From a virus: a DNA stretch of 64,000 bases. A program made the position numbers and the translations under genes. The notes below the pieces were generated by a model. It saw only the letters and a list, made by a program, of their open reading frames with translations. It had not been told where the DNA came from and ran no database searches. The number at the start of each line of letters is the position of its first letter. Position 1 is the first letter of the stretch. Positions 1-10,302 of this stretch are shown piece after piece. Location of the stretch: IMG/VR virus record IMGVR_UViG_3300021519_000007, positions 11,998 through 75,997 of that record. One strand, 5' to 3'.

Positions 1-1
1 C

Positions 2-1414
2 CGGAGTCCACAGGATGTTCTCCCAGTCGTCAATGTTTTGTGGGGGATGTTCGCCAAGTTCTTGGCGAGAAAAATATACGTTCATTCTCACGCCCGGCGT
101 CAAGGTGTTTACCTCTATGGTGTCTATTACCGCAGACCGATATGAGCCGTCGACAATTTTTCGAATATCGAAGTATAGAGCCTCGACCCCCTCAGAGGAA
201 GGATTCGGGAAGTTTGTCCAGTTGGTGTAGATCTTGCCATCGTTTGCTTGTTCGGCAGAGTTATATCTTACGCCCTCTCGGTACCCATTTCCCAAAAGAT
301 CTTTGCCTAGGTTTCCAACTTCAGACAAAACTCTATACGTCAAGCACTGGTTATTAAGACGAGTCAAAGCCCCAGAGTTATTATAAGCGTATACGTCATT
401 GTCTTCTGGTGATCCGAATTGGTTGTTCGGGTTGGGCGATACAGAGCAGACGTTTTTCACCTTGTCCGGTGTAAGATTCCTAATGCGGATTTCATATTTG
501 TGACCAGCCTCAGAAACAACTGGAGTGTCAAAAGAGACTCTCAACCACTCGGGCATTGTGTTAAGTGTTACGTCCCCGGCAATACCGGACGGAGACGGTG
601 CTGTGGTTTTTTGATAACGTCCTTCGGAAAGAACGATATCGTAATTGGTTACATCAACGAACTTCCAATCAATAACGACATCTGTCTGGAAACCTGACGG
701 CTCGACTAGAATCTCAAATCCCTTCATTCTGGGGACGATATCTGTCGGCAAAAATAATCCAATATTTGTTAAGTCAGTTGTTGCCGTTGCTTTGAAAACC
801 GCCGAATCGGGAAAAATAAATCTTTGGCGTAATTCGGAAGAAAAATCAATAAGGTCAGAAAAAGATTTGGTGTCAATTATTGAGCCACACACATCCTGGA
901 TGCCGGAAACATACCTGCCAACGCGAAAATTATTTACGTCAATCGAGTAGGGGAACTGTGGAAAGTCTTTTGTCGGCCAATCTTCGGTTCGACGAGTGAA
1001 TTTAATTCTTATTCTTTGCGTCTCCAGAATTGAATCCTCCTGGTCGAGAAAATAAAATTCGCAATGCTTCCAAGGATTTATTGAGTTTGATTCATAGGAG
1101 ACACTGTGGTCAAAAAGTTGATCAACAACAGGTTTAACACTCCTCCACCTAGAGCCAATCCCGTCCGAGTACTCATCAATGTTGTCAAGATCCACTGAGT
1201 CATACTGTATCTCTATATCGATTGGTTTTTTAATAACGTCAAAAGACATGTAGTTCAGTGATCTTCTCTTGCCCAGATTGATTTCAAGATAATCAGACGC
1301 ACCACCTACTTCGTTTCTTGAAGACCACCAAAGGCCGCCGCCGGAGTTACTATACTCGTTGCCCTCGGCACTAAAATACGTTATATCGTAAACGCCGTTT
1401 ACTTGCCCAATCAT
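2..1414 (-). CDS. Baseplate/tail structural protein (partial, runs off the window end)
   Basis: Not in the ORF track. ATG at 1414 overlaps the upstream TGA (TGATG). My translation (MIGQVNGVYDITYFSAEGNEY...DWENILWTP) stays open to the window edge. Lies in the baseplate operon. Confidence 0.75.
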   Translation of the reverse strand, partial: MIGQVNGVYDITYFSAEGNEYSNSGGGLWWSSRNEVGGASDYLEINLGKRRSLNYMSFDVIKKPIDIEIQYDSVDLDNIDEYSDGIGSRWRSVKPVVDQLFDHSVSYESNSINPWKHCEFYFLDQEDSILETQRIRIKFTRRTEDWPTKDFPQFPYSIDVNNFRVGRYVSGIQDVCGSIIDTKSFSDLIDFSSELRQRFIFPDSAVFKATATTDLTNIGLFLPTDIVPRMKGFEILVEPSGFQTDVVIDWKFVDVTNYDIVLSEGRYQKTTAPSPSGIAGDVTLNTMPEWLRVSFDTPVVSEAGHKYEIRIRNLTPDKVKNVCSVSPNPNNQFGSPEDNDVYAYNNSGALTRLNNQCLTYRVLSEVGNLGKDLLGNGYREGVRYNSAEQANDGKIYTNWTNFPNPSSEGVEALYFDIRKIVDGSYRSAVIDTIEVNTLTPGVRMNVYFSRQELGEHPPQNIDDWENILWTP

Positions 1415-2991
1415 CACGCTGTCACGGCACCCTTGAATATAGCGTTAGTGTTATTGACCGGCAATATGTTTGATGGATAAAAGATTTCATTATCTTCAAC
1501 GCCCTGAAGGAACGTGTATATCTTTTCAACTGGTTCAAAGAATTTTCCGCTATGAACGGAGGGGTATTTTTGGTAAGCCTGATTCGGTCCATTATAAAAA
1601 CTATCTGTGTCATATGCAGAATCATAGATCGCAGAATCGTTATATGCAATAACAGTATCTACCGTAATAAACATAACCGGAAGATCAACTCCAACGTATG
1701 GGTAGTTTCTCTCTTCGTTCTCTTTCCCAGCCTCAAGGATCTTACCGTTTAGCAGGTCGGTCTTAACGTAATTGACTGAGGCATTGCCCGTTACAAATCT
1801 ACTAACTGAGAATTTTTCTGAGGAGGCAAAAACACTATTGGTGTTGACCGCTATGTATCTTTCATCGGAGGGAGCAATAGAGAACACGGTACCCTGCGGC
1901 TGGATTTTTGCTATAAGATTGTCGAGGTTCTTTTGCACACGGGGGTTGAGATAATCACTGTGTCCTGATCTTTTGGAGAGACCAACTGTTGGAGCATGGG
2001 AAATAAGGGCGTCGTAATAAGCAGAGGACGGGTCGCCAAAATCTCCAACATAAAATAGATCGCTGGATGATGACTGCTCTAAAGCAACGCTCTCAATACT
2101 GTCCATTTGGGAAGCGTCTATGGAGAGTCCACTTATGGAAAGGTTTGACGAACTGAATTTTATTACATATGTTGTTGTGGTCGTTTGCTCGACTGTCGCA
2201 TTGCTCGATTTGACCCCCTTGAAGGATTTTAGCGCCGACAGGAGTAGTGACGGGGATACCTGCTGAACATACACGCTGGGTGAGTGCTCGCCGTTTAAAA
2301 CAAATTGAAAATATCCCGCGTCTGTTGTGGAGTTTACACTCAACCTTGCGAATGGTTCGCTGACGCTGGGGTTAGCACCAACCTCTGGGCGAATTATAAA
2401 TTCATTAACAGAATTGGTTGAACCATATTTTTCAACGCCTATAGGATAATCAGAATTTTTATCAAATATGTGTTTATAGTTTTCCGCAACGCTGACGGTT
2501 TGACCTATCGCTGCGCTTGCCGCTGCTTCGATTCCCTGCAGTGTTCCGCCCATTCTTGTTGCCTGGAGGTATCCGATGGCGCGTGATCTGTACGCTTTGT
2601 CTGCAGACTCAATCACCTGCCACTCCTCGGACGTAAGCGTGCTCTTCTTTGGATCGATCAGATACCTTTCGTCAGTCAGACGATCAAAACCAGCCAAAGG
2701 TGAATAAAGATTGTCCAGATTTTGAAATCCCAGTGCTGCGCTTTCGAATTGAAGCCTGGCGATCAGAGACTTTTTCTTGAGTATGCCCGATCCTGAGTCT
2801 CCGACAAGGGCGGTTAGAAACCCGTAGAGGTGGGAGTCTCTGCTCTTGGTGTAGACCTCCTCCGGAAAACGGAGCATCAGGTGTTCTACAAAAAGGGGAC
2901 CATCAAGAGGCTCAACAACGGGATTCTCCACCAGCGAGAAATACATCTGGCCGTTTGAGTCATTGACCTTGTATTGATTGAGCGTGGGCAT
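1414..2991 (-). CDS. Baseplate wedge/tail protein
   Basis: 525 aa, translationally coupled to the baseplate J gene. The 'YRSRAIGYLQATRMGGTLQGIEAAA' segment resembles gpI-like wedge proteins. Confidence 0.65.
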   Translation of the reverse strand: MPTLNQYKVNDSNGQMYFSLVENPVVEPLDGPLFVEHLMLRFPEEVYTKSRDSHLYGFLTALVGDSGSGILKKKSLIARLQFESAALGFQNLDNLYSPLAGFDRLTDERYLIDPKKSTLTSEEWQVIESADKAYRSRAIGYLQATRMGGTLQGIEAAASAAIGQTVSVAENYKHIFDKNSDYPIGVEKYGSTNSVNEFIIRPEVGANPSVSEPFARLSVNSTTDAGYFQFVLNGEHSPSVYVQQVSPSLLLSALKSFKGVKSSNATVEQTTTTTYVIKFSSSNLSISGLSIDASQMDSIESVALEQSSSSDLFYVGDFGDPSSAYYDALISHAPTVGLSKRSGHSDYLNPRVQKNLDNLIAKIQPQGTVFSIAPSDERYIAVNTNSVFASSEKFSVSRFVTGNASVNYVKTDLLNGKILEAGKENEERNYPYVGVDLPVMFITVDTVIAYNDSAIYDSAYDTDSFYNGPNQAYQKYPSVHSGKFFEPVEKIYTFLQGVEDNEIFYPSNILPVNNTNAIFKGAVTA

Positions 2992-5030
2992 TAGTTACTT
3001 TCCCAAGTGTTTTGAGCCTTTACCTGAATGATGAGAGCATTCTCAATAGCCTGGCCGTTTTGAATATTGGCGACCGCCGGTAACTCATTGTCGTTTAGAA
3101 TGAAATCGTAATCAAAATAAACTGGTGTTGAAAATGACTTTCCGTATTCCGTTACTAGTTCTATCTTGTGCCTGGGACTGTTAATATCATTGATCGGTGT
3201 TTCGTATGTCCACCTAACGTTGTCAACACCATTAGTGTTGTGGATGATCTGAAGCAGATCGCTCATTTGGATTGCTGCGCCAAAATACTGGGTTCCAAAG
3301 AATGCCGAAACGGCGGATGCAATTTCTTTGTCCACATTCGTTTCGGTAAATCCGGGCGTATACATAACGGTAATGTACAGTTTTAGATACTTATATGTTG
3401 ATGAGTGGACTAACACATCTGTCGTTATCGGCTTTGAACCCTCAATGGTCGCCTGCAACTGCTCAATAGATATATCATAATTGTAATCAATGCTGAAGTA
3501 TTTGCCCTGATCTTTTACGGATTTCAGCCACTCGATTCCGTTTCTTGCTCTAACTGTTCCAGCGTACGTGCTTATGTCCCTCACAACAAAGTAGTGGGCT
3601 GGTGTTGCAACAACGGTGAAACCCTCGTCCTCATACCATCCTCCATCGACTGGACTATTGTAAGCGGTTTTTGTAAAAGCAAGACCAGTATTGGGATCCT
3701 GATATGTTGCTTCGTAATATGTATTGTTATCAATTTGTATTGACCCCGCCGGGATGTCTGTCATCGGTTGGTGGTACAACACGTGCAAGAAATTACCCAG
3801 AGCGGGAACATCATTCGTTGAAATTCGGATATAGTTCCCATTATATGCAATATTTGTTGGGTTATTGACAAAAGTCATCTGTGTTGACGGGAAGGCCTCC
3901 TCACTTGTAGCGAGTTGTTTTTGCTGCCCGTTAACATAAACATCTACACAATTTGTAATCCCCATCAACCATTCGTTGCGAGACGCACGGGACAGATAGG
4001 TGTGCTCAAACAGAAAAACATTGTCATCAAAGGGAATAAAGGTTGGCGTCCCGTCAATACTGAGGGTAGTCCCCGAACCCAGCAGCGTTATATTCGGCAC
4101 CGGATTGTTTTCAATTCCCTGCGACCCTGCGCCGTTCACAAGTCTGGCTGGATTGTTAAACCCAAAATCTTTTCCAGGCCGCAGAAATGCTGCGCTTTTG
4201 CCCGACCCCTTTGTAACATAATAGTTATTAGAGTAGGTATACTTTGAATACGGAACCGAGGAAATTGAAGTCGTGTAGGCGGTGTCGCCGCTGTAGAATG
4301 GGTAAGCGATATTATCTGAAACTTTTGGTGTTTGGATATACTCTATGTACTTAGACTGAGGACCAATAACATTTGCTTTTGTCACTGCTGGATGAGACAA
4401 AGACAACGCCAAATAGTGGTCCAGCGTACCGGATATATTTCTAAAGATTGAGTTCTGAAAACGAGCCTTTAGTCCTGCGTCTGTTTCTGTGTCCACGCCC
4501 CCTAGTGTCTGGACCTCATTGGTTATTGAGGTAACGCCGGGCATGTTGATCGTGCTTGTTATTGCGTTGATTGCGCCAACCGGAACATTGCCTATTGTAC
4601 CTGTTGTTGTGCATTCAACACGGACAAGCGCCCTGGTGTCTGCAGCATTTAGCGTGACTGTTTCGGTTGCAACAAAGATAAGCCCAGGTACTGAACCCGT
4701 TGCAGAGGTGGCGAATTGGGCTCCCTTTGGGACTGTTGTGCTGTAAGCGGCAGTGTTGGGTCTTGAGACTGTGACAATGCCCGTTGCTCTTGCCCCAAGT
4801 TGTCTACCAAACCCAAATAGGGAGATGAACGAGTCTAGTCTTGTGCCGGACAATTCATCAAGATACAGTTGCCCAGACAAAACATCAATGTCAACAGACG
4901 CAGCAGCAATTGATTCGGCAACTGCCTCAACAATCTTACGCTCTGGTGTACCGACCTCAAGAGACATGTTCGGATCAATGAGTCGAGCCTGTGTGATTAT
5001 ACTTTGTGTTATTTCGTTTACTGTTGCCAT
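2991..5030 (-). CDS. Baseplate J-like protein
   Basis: Typical gpJ motifs: LSGTRLD..FGFGR..GARATG.VT, VECTTTGTIGN, GGVDTETDAGLKARF. Confidence 0.9.
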   Translation of the reverse strand: MATVNEITQSIITQARLIDPNMSLEVGTPERKIVEAVAESIAAASVDIDVLSGQLYLDELSGTRLDSFISLFGFGRQLGARATGIVTVSRPNTAAYSTTVPKGAQFATSATGSVPGLIFVATETVTLNAADTRALVRVECTTTGTIGNVPVGAINAITSTINMPGVTSITNEVQTLGGVDTETDAGLKARFQNSIFRNISGTLDHYLALSLSHPAVTKANVIGPQSKYIEYIQTPKVSDNIAYPFYSGDTAYTTSISSVPYSKYTYSNNYYVTKGSGKSAAFLRPGKDFGFNNPARLVNGAGSQGIENNPVPNITLLGSGTTLSIDGTPTFIPFDDNVFLFEHTYLSRASRNEWLMGITNCVDVYVNGQQKQLATSEEAFPSTQMTFVNNPTNIAYNGNYIRISTNDVPALGNFLHVLYHQPMTDIPAGSIQIDNNTYYEATYQDPNTGLAFTKTAYNSPVDGGWYEDEGFTVVATPAHYFVVRDISTYAGTVRARNGIEWLKSVKDQGKYFSIDYNYDISIEQLQATIEGSKPITTDVLVHSSTYKYLKLYITVMYTPGFTETNVDKEIASAVSAFFGTQYFGAAIQMSDLLQIIHNTNGVDNVRWTYETPINDINSPRHKIELVTEYGKSFSTPVYFDYDFILNDNELPAVANIQNGQAIENALIIQVKAQNTWESN

Positions 5031-5031
5031 A

Positions 5032-5493
5032 TTAGCCGACCGGTTGTGTAATTGACACTGTGTTGCCGTTTCTCATTACCAGATTTACCTGCATCACAAG
5101 TTTTGTATTAAATCTTTTGTTTGTTATTGAGCCTATTGATTCTATTATTTCCGAATCAGATACTGTTGATCTCCCGAATGTTGCTATGTCAGAATTCACT
5201 CTTGTGTTTTGTTTATCTATGAACGACTGAACAACTCTGACTATTTCTTCTTCTATCTTATATACGGACAATGAATCTTTTCCAATGTACGAATCGATTG
5301 GGGTACCGTCCGGCAGCGTGCCGCCATCGAGAAGCGATCCGTACTCAGGGTGCATTGTGTCTGTCCCCATCGGCTCAAGAAGTCCATTTTTGAGATCTTG
5401 AAATGTCTTATTCTTCCCAGTAACAATGGCAGCCCCGGACTTGCTTGAGACAAATGTTAAATCGCCAGCCTTAATATCAAAACTCCAACTCAT
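5032..5493 (-). CDS. Baseplate wedge gp25/gpW-like protein
   Basis: 153 aa with 'EPMGTDTMHPEYGSLL' (gp25-like HPxYGS), directly upstream of gpJ. Confidence 0.8.
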   Translation of the reverse strand: MSWSFDIKAGDLTFVSSKSGAAIVTGKNKTFQDLKNGLLEPMGTDTMHPEYGSLLDGGTLPDGTPIDSYIGKDSLSVYKIEEEIVRVVQSFIDKQNTRVNSDIATFGRSTVSDSEIIESIGSITNKRFNTKLVMQVNLVMRNGNTVSITQPVG

Positions 5494-6026
5494 TTAACAG
5501 GCACCCTTGAGTAATAGACAACAACTTTTCCGACCGATAGAGATTCGCTAAATAAAAGCGTTTGCTCTCTTATTATGATCTTGGAAGGGGGAATCAATAA
5601 GCCGTTGTTAAAAACCTGGATTGTGTCCGATACGGGTATTCCCGAAAGAAGTGTTTCGGTTGTGGGGGAAACGATGTCAAACTCCTGATGAGTCGGCACG
5701 CCTATGGGCATGTTGTTTATAAAAACGTGGTCGCCACTTATGTTTACGTTGCTTGCAGCAGCAATTACAATGTCCCCCTCTTTGGGATACGCGCTTCCAT
5801 AAAGGTCGGTTCGGGCAACAACTCCCTCGAAGTACCAGTTTGTTGAATCCTGTCGTCTTACAATCCAATACTCGCCAGTCTTTGGTATGCGATAGAAACC
5901 ATTACTAATCGGCATCTTTATAGCGAATCGTCCACCGTCTTTAGAACTACAATGAACCTCATTCGTATCAATATCAACGGTGTCTATTCTTATAACTTGT
6001 GTGGTATTTTTTGTATTTTGGTACAT
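5490..6026 (-). CDS. Putative baseplate spike/assembly protein
   Basis: OB-fold-like N-terminus with 'RIPKTGEYW' (PxxGE); lies between hub and gp25. Confidence 0.55.
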   Translation of the reverse strand: MYQNTKNTTQVIRIDTVDIDTNEVHCSSKDGGRFAIKMPISNGFYRIPKTGEYWIVRRQDSTNWYFEGVVARTDLYGSAYPKEGDIVIAAASNVNISGDHVFINNMPIGVPTHQEFDIVSPTTETLLSGIPVSDTIQVFNNGLLIPPSKIIIREQTLLFSESLSVGKVVVYYSRVPVK

Positions 6027-6027
6027 T

Positions 6028-9000
6028 CTATCCTAGATTGTTAAACATAACCATGCCCGGCACCATTGTATCCGAAGATCTACTTGTGCTTGGGGAAGAT
6101 AGATATGCTGTTGTTTCGAATCCAGACGTATAGTCCCACTTGTGAATGACACCTTCGACATACATTATTATATCATGTTGTTTAAATTCCACAAGTCCCC
6201 CCGCCATCAGTTCCGGCATGAAGGTCAACTCTACACTTGTAGCCGTATGCATAGACCAGTTATATACGAACTGGTTGTATGCAGAAACAAATTCAAACCA
6301 CGGGCTCCTGATCAGGGGATCGTTGTCTACTTTTGGGCGAGGCCCATAGATCTCAAAAAATCTAGCGGTTCTATCGCTGACTCCCTGAAAGTATTGAGTG
6401 TAATCAGACCCTTGCTCGGAGGCAAGCGCTTTTGAGACCTCGTTCTGTATGTCTACGTTTTTTATTTTATTTGCAATGCCTGTTATTGACTTGGCGTCAT
6501 AGATATAGCCGCTTTTGTCCTGCTGGAAGACATCATCTATTGTGATCACACCAGTGGACAGGATCATGTCCTCCGCTTGGACTCCTCCTCCCAACGGATC
6601 AACAGTAGCCCCGTTCACATACATGTGTGTTACAAGAGGTCCATCATCAAGAACAATATTGAAGTCGATTATCTCAATATCATCTATCTTAATATACGGC
6701 TTGCGACCAAAAACTCCAAAGCGGTCGGGATAAAAAGCACAGAACATACCATTGGGCAGGCTCATAAACTCTCTCATAGATCCCTTGCTCAACTGCATAA
6801 CCGCATCCATAACCGTGCGGTCATTCATCAGGGACTTGTCTCCAACAAGAAAACGAGATCCAAAAAGATCTGTGGGGAATTGGGTAATTGTTGTAAACGC
6901 CGCGGCTGTGGCAATCATGGCTATGTCGCCCCATGTGGGCGTAATGTTTCCATTGCCCGTTGTGCCCGCGGGTGAACCATCCACTGCTGTGTTTGGAAGC
7001 CTGACCGTCTGGCCGTTCCATTCTGGCTTGGGGTTGTCGTTGTGATTTGCAACGATAGATATCGATACCGGATTGTTTTTGAAAACGGCCGGTGACGATG
7101 TGGAATTGGAACCCAAGTGGTCTTCCTGTGAAGCGCTTGGGACTCCGTTCGGGTATTTAACAGTCCAAACATAGTTGCCCGAATCAAATGAAAATTTAAT
7201 CTCTTGAGGAATACTCTGAGCGTTTGTTCCAACACTGATTGTTCCGGGACCAAGATTTCCATCAGCATCTGGAATTATGGTGCTCGTCGGCGAAACCATA
7301 CCGGTATCAATAAGAAATTGAAGTAACTTTTTCCCGCCGGAGCCCTGTGCTTCGTATAATAGAAGTTGATTCTTCAGCGGCTTTACATTATCCACAAGGT
7401 GCAGATCATAATTTGAAGCGATATAAAAATACTCCGCCAATCTATTATCCCAGCCCTTATAGAATTTACTATAGACGTCATGATCAGACTTTGATATATT
7501 TGCTGTAGAGTATGCGCTTTGATTAACGGGCACAGGACCAATGAGTGACTTTATGCTCTTTAGATAATCCTCTCTTGCCTTTGCCGCGGGCTTTTTTGAG
7601 GTTCCGACATCGGGTATAGAGTCACCGGTTACAGAGAATATAATATTTTGATTACTAAATTGATCTGCATTGGATATCCCGATAGCAGAAAGCGCCTTAG
7701 GGGATATTGTTATTGGCGCTTTATTGTTTAAAGATTTACCACTAATACTGTTGTATATATTTCCAACACCAAGATACACAACATTGCAACTTTTACTTGT
7801 ATCCTTGGGGTTAAAGACGGTTACAATAGAACCGGCTGTGAGCGCCGATCCGCTAGCAAACTTATAGTTGCCGCCATCAAGGGGCGTGGCAAACATATAA
7901 AATTGAACCTCATCATACTTAAGCGGCAGCCCCTTCACCTCGGGGATATACATTTTGGGTATTGTGGGTGCAGATGATTGATAAACAATCGCCGGTGATA
8001 GGTAAAGGCCTCCAGCATCTATCTTCGTTGAGTCATTAGACACAGGATCCGTCTTTTTACCGTCGGCCCCGATCTTTATTGCGTCAGAGGGCGACTGCAC
8101 AGCAGGGCCAGAAAAAAGTGCTTCCCAGGTCACATTAAGGGGATTGACATTATCTGCGACCTCTGATGCGGTTAGGATATCGATAGACTTAACATTGTCA
8201 AGACTCTGATTTGTTCTTACGTCATTAAGTATGCTCTGGACCGTAGATGTATTGACTGCATTGTGGCAGGCATCAAGTATCTGGCTGTAGAATCTCTCCT
8301 TGCCGTAGCCGTACGCTAGCGTTTGGGCCACCTGCTCTGCCATACCCGAGGACAGATCAGGAGTGCCGGGTGCCGGTCTAGAGGCGGTCGATGTCTTTAC
8401 AATATTATAGAAGTTGTTGCAGAATGTTGTTACCTGTGTGCTGATGCTTTCCGAAGTATTCTGCTTCAGGCCGTCAAGCGCATTGCCGGGGTTTGCAAAA
8501 AGCCCCTTTCCGTGAGATGGGTAACGATCATCTGTTCCGTTGTAGTTTTTATCTATGCCGCTCATAACAAGCGCGGCAAGAAGAACCTGAGCCTCTGTCG
8601 GCTTTGTCGTCTTTGAGTATTTAGAAAGAGCGTTTATAATATCTTTGATGTCGCCAATTTGCGTTGTTGCCGCAAGACCCGTGGGAAACTTTGACGAGAG
8701 GGCGGATGCCGCTTGATCAGTGGTCGTTACGTTAGCCGTCAAGAAGTCCCGCATCGCTGGGATTAAAGAGTTTTCTGCGGATTTTGATTCCCCGACCCTT
8801 TTCAAATATGTTTGAATCAGTGAGTTTGGAAGTTCGTTAGGAATGTCTCCAACTATAACTTCGGAATGATCCAGACCAGCGATTTCCTGGAGAAAATCCT
8901 GAAGCATCTGTCCCATGCCACCATCGTTGCCCTTTCCTCCACTCTCTGAGAGGGTGTCACCAACAGCGTATGGATTGTAGAAAGAACTGTAGTTTTGGTT

Positions 9001-9420
9001 ATCACCCTGCCCGTACCACCCCTTGCTTCGCATCCAGTTGACAAACCCGACACCAGGATCGTAGTACGAATAAAGAAGACGCTTAAGAGTGCATGACGCT
9101 TTTATTTCAATCTGATTTGGGTAGGCTTGAAAATACGGAACACTATCTATAAACCCCGTAAAAACCTGGATTGGGTTATCCTTATACTTCTGCAACCAGA
9201 TGGTGACCCCGTCCATCGGCAAAAATTTTGGGTCAAATCTACCAGTATAGTACCAGTCATCATTCCTAATACTGATGGACGCGCTAGATGTCTTGTTCGT
9301 CACACGTTCTACTGAACCACTCACAATGTCATTAGAGACATCTATTACAGCGCCCGTTTTCCTAGAGTAGATAAAAGCATACACTTTCGGAGAATATACT
9401 AGACGTTTGATATCACTCAT
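6028..9420 (-). CDS. Baseplate hub protein with inserted domains
   Basis: 1130 aa. Hub-like termini ('PIQVFTGFIDSVP', 'FMPELMAGG...MYVEGVIHKWDYTSGFETT'). Position in the tail operon. Confidence 0.75.
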   Translation of the reverse strand: MSDIKRLVYSPKVYAFIYSRKTGAVIDVSNDIVSGSVERVTNKTSSASISIRNDDWYYTGRFDPKFLPMDGVTIWLQKYKDNPIQVFTGFIDSVPYFQAYPNQIEIKASCTLKRLLYSYYDPGVGFVNWMRSKGWYGQGDNQNYSSFYNPYAVGDTLSESGGKGNDGGMGQMLQDFLQEIAGLDHSEVIVGDIPNELPNSLIQTYLKRVGESKSAENSLIPAMRDFLTANVTTTDQAASALSSKFPTGLAATTQIGDIKDIINALSKYSKTTKPTEAQVLLAALVMSGIDKNYNGTDDRYPSHGKGLFANPGNALDGLKQNTSESISTQVTTFCNNFYNIVKTSTASRPAPGTPDLSSGMAEQVAQTLAYGYGKERFYSQILDACHNAVNTSTVQSILNDVRTNQSLDNVKSIDILTASEVADNVNPLNVTWEALFSGPAVQSPSDAIKIGADGKKTDPVSNDSTKIDAGGLYLSPAIVYQSSAPTIPKMYIPEVKGLPLKYDEVQFYMFATPLDGGNYKFASGSALTAGSIVTVFNPKDTSKSCNVVYLGVGNIYNSISGKSLNNKAPITISPKALSAIGISNADQFSNQNIIFSVTGDSIPDVGTSKKPAAKAREDYLKSIKSLIGPVPVNQSAYSTANISKSDHDVYSKFYKGWDNRLAEYFYIASNYDLHLVDNVKPLKNQLLLYEAQGSGGKKLLQFLIDTGMVSPTSTIIPDADGNLGPGTISVGTNAQSIPQEIKFSFDSGNYVWTVKYPNGVPSASQEDHLGSNSTSSPAVFKNNPVSISIVANHNDNPKPEWNGQTVRLPNTAVDGSPAGTTGNGNITPTWGDIAMIATAAAFTTITQFPTDLFGSRFLVGDKSLMNDRTVMDAVMQLSKGSMREFMSLPNGMFCAFYPDRFGVFGRKPYIKIDDIEIIDFNIVLDDGPLVTHMYVNGATVDPLGGGVQAEDMILSTGVITIDDVFQQDKSGYIYDAKSITGIANKIKNVDIQNEVSKALASEQGSDYTQYFQGVSDRTARFFEIYGPRPKVDNDPLIRSPWFEFVSAYNQFVYNWSMHTATSVELTFMPELMAGGLVEFKQHDIIMYVEGVIHKWDYTSGFETTAYLSSPSTSRSSDTMVPGMVMFNNLG

Positions 9421-9422
9421 TG

Positions 9423-10298
9423 TTATCCCTGGTTCCCGCCTGGTCCGCCTGGTATTGCATTATAGCCGGACTCAGCCACTGGGTCTGCCGCTTTGACAGT
9501 ACTAGATGTTCTTGTATCTAAAGAGTTTCTGTACCTTTTATATATTAAAGAGTTGTTGTCTGGATTCTGATCATTTGGGTTTTCCAAAACACCATCACGA
9601 ACTTCTATCCCGTAAGCAACAACCGCAAACCTTAGATCCAGTTCCGGATTGAACACTCCTGTTTTATGACCGGCCCTGACATCAAGAATATATCCATCGA
9701 AATGCATTCTCGGATAACGGTATCTAACAACTTGTTTTCCATTTCCGATACCATAGTCCCAAACTCCATGACTTCGATAGAAAGAAAGTTCTGGCAACTC
9801 AAAACGAACAAGACTGGCAGCACCATGTATTGACGCTTGATGGTAGCCAAGGGCAAGCGAAACGAGTTGATCGTAATGATCCTGACTCGCTGTTTGCACG
9901 GTGACCATGGCGTCGTTGTATTTAATATGCCTGGGGTAAAACGATTTACCAAAAACCGTTTGCGACTGTGCATACTCCATAGACCAGCCAATTGTTATCT
10001 GCTTGACCCACAGCCTTGCCCTTTTCTGTTCGTCATCGTCCTGACTGATTCCGGGAGTGTGATTTACAATATAGGCGTTGGTAGTGTTTTTGACAGGAGG
10101 AAACGGTTTAGAGGGGTCGACCTTTATTGTTGGGTACTCTATGGCGGCATAGTTCCCTCTCCCTGTTGGTTTCCAACGAGGAGATTTTGTGACGACATCA
10201 ATTTTGGGAGGGGTGTTGGTATCAGCAATAGGTAGTCCGCCATAAGACAAAGATGTTGCGTCGTTTCCTGAACCGCCGCCTGGTAGTTGTACAGTCAT
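9423..10298 (-). CDS. Tail/baseplate protein (tube-initiator-like)
   Basis: 291 aa, coupled within the tail operon. Function inferred from position. Confidence 0.55.
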   Translation of the reverse strand: MTVQLPGGGSGNDATSLSYGGLPIADTNTPPKIDVVTKSPRWKPTGRGNYAAIEYPTIKVDPSKPFPPVKNTTNAYIVNHTPGISQDDDEQKRARLWVKQITIGWSMEYAQSQTVFGKSFYPRHIKYNDAMVTVQTASQDHYDQLVSLALGYHQASIHGAASLVRFELPELSFYRSHGVWDYGIGNGKQVVRYRYPRMHFDGYILDVRAGHKTGVFNPELDLRFAVVAYGIEVRDGVLENPNDQNPDNNSLIYKRYRNSLDTRTSSTVKAADPVAESGYNAIPGGPGGNQG

Positions 10299-10302
10299 TG
10301 TT

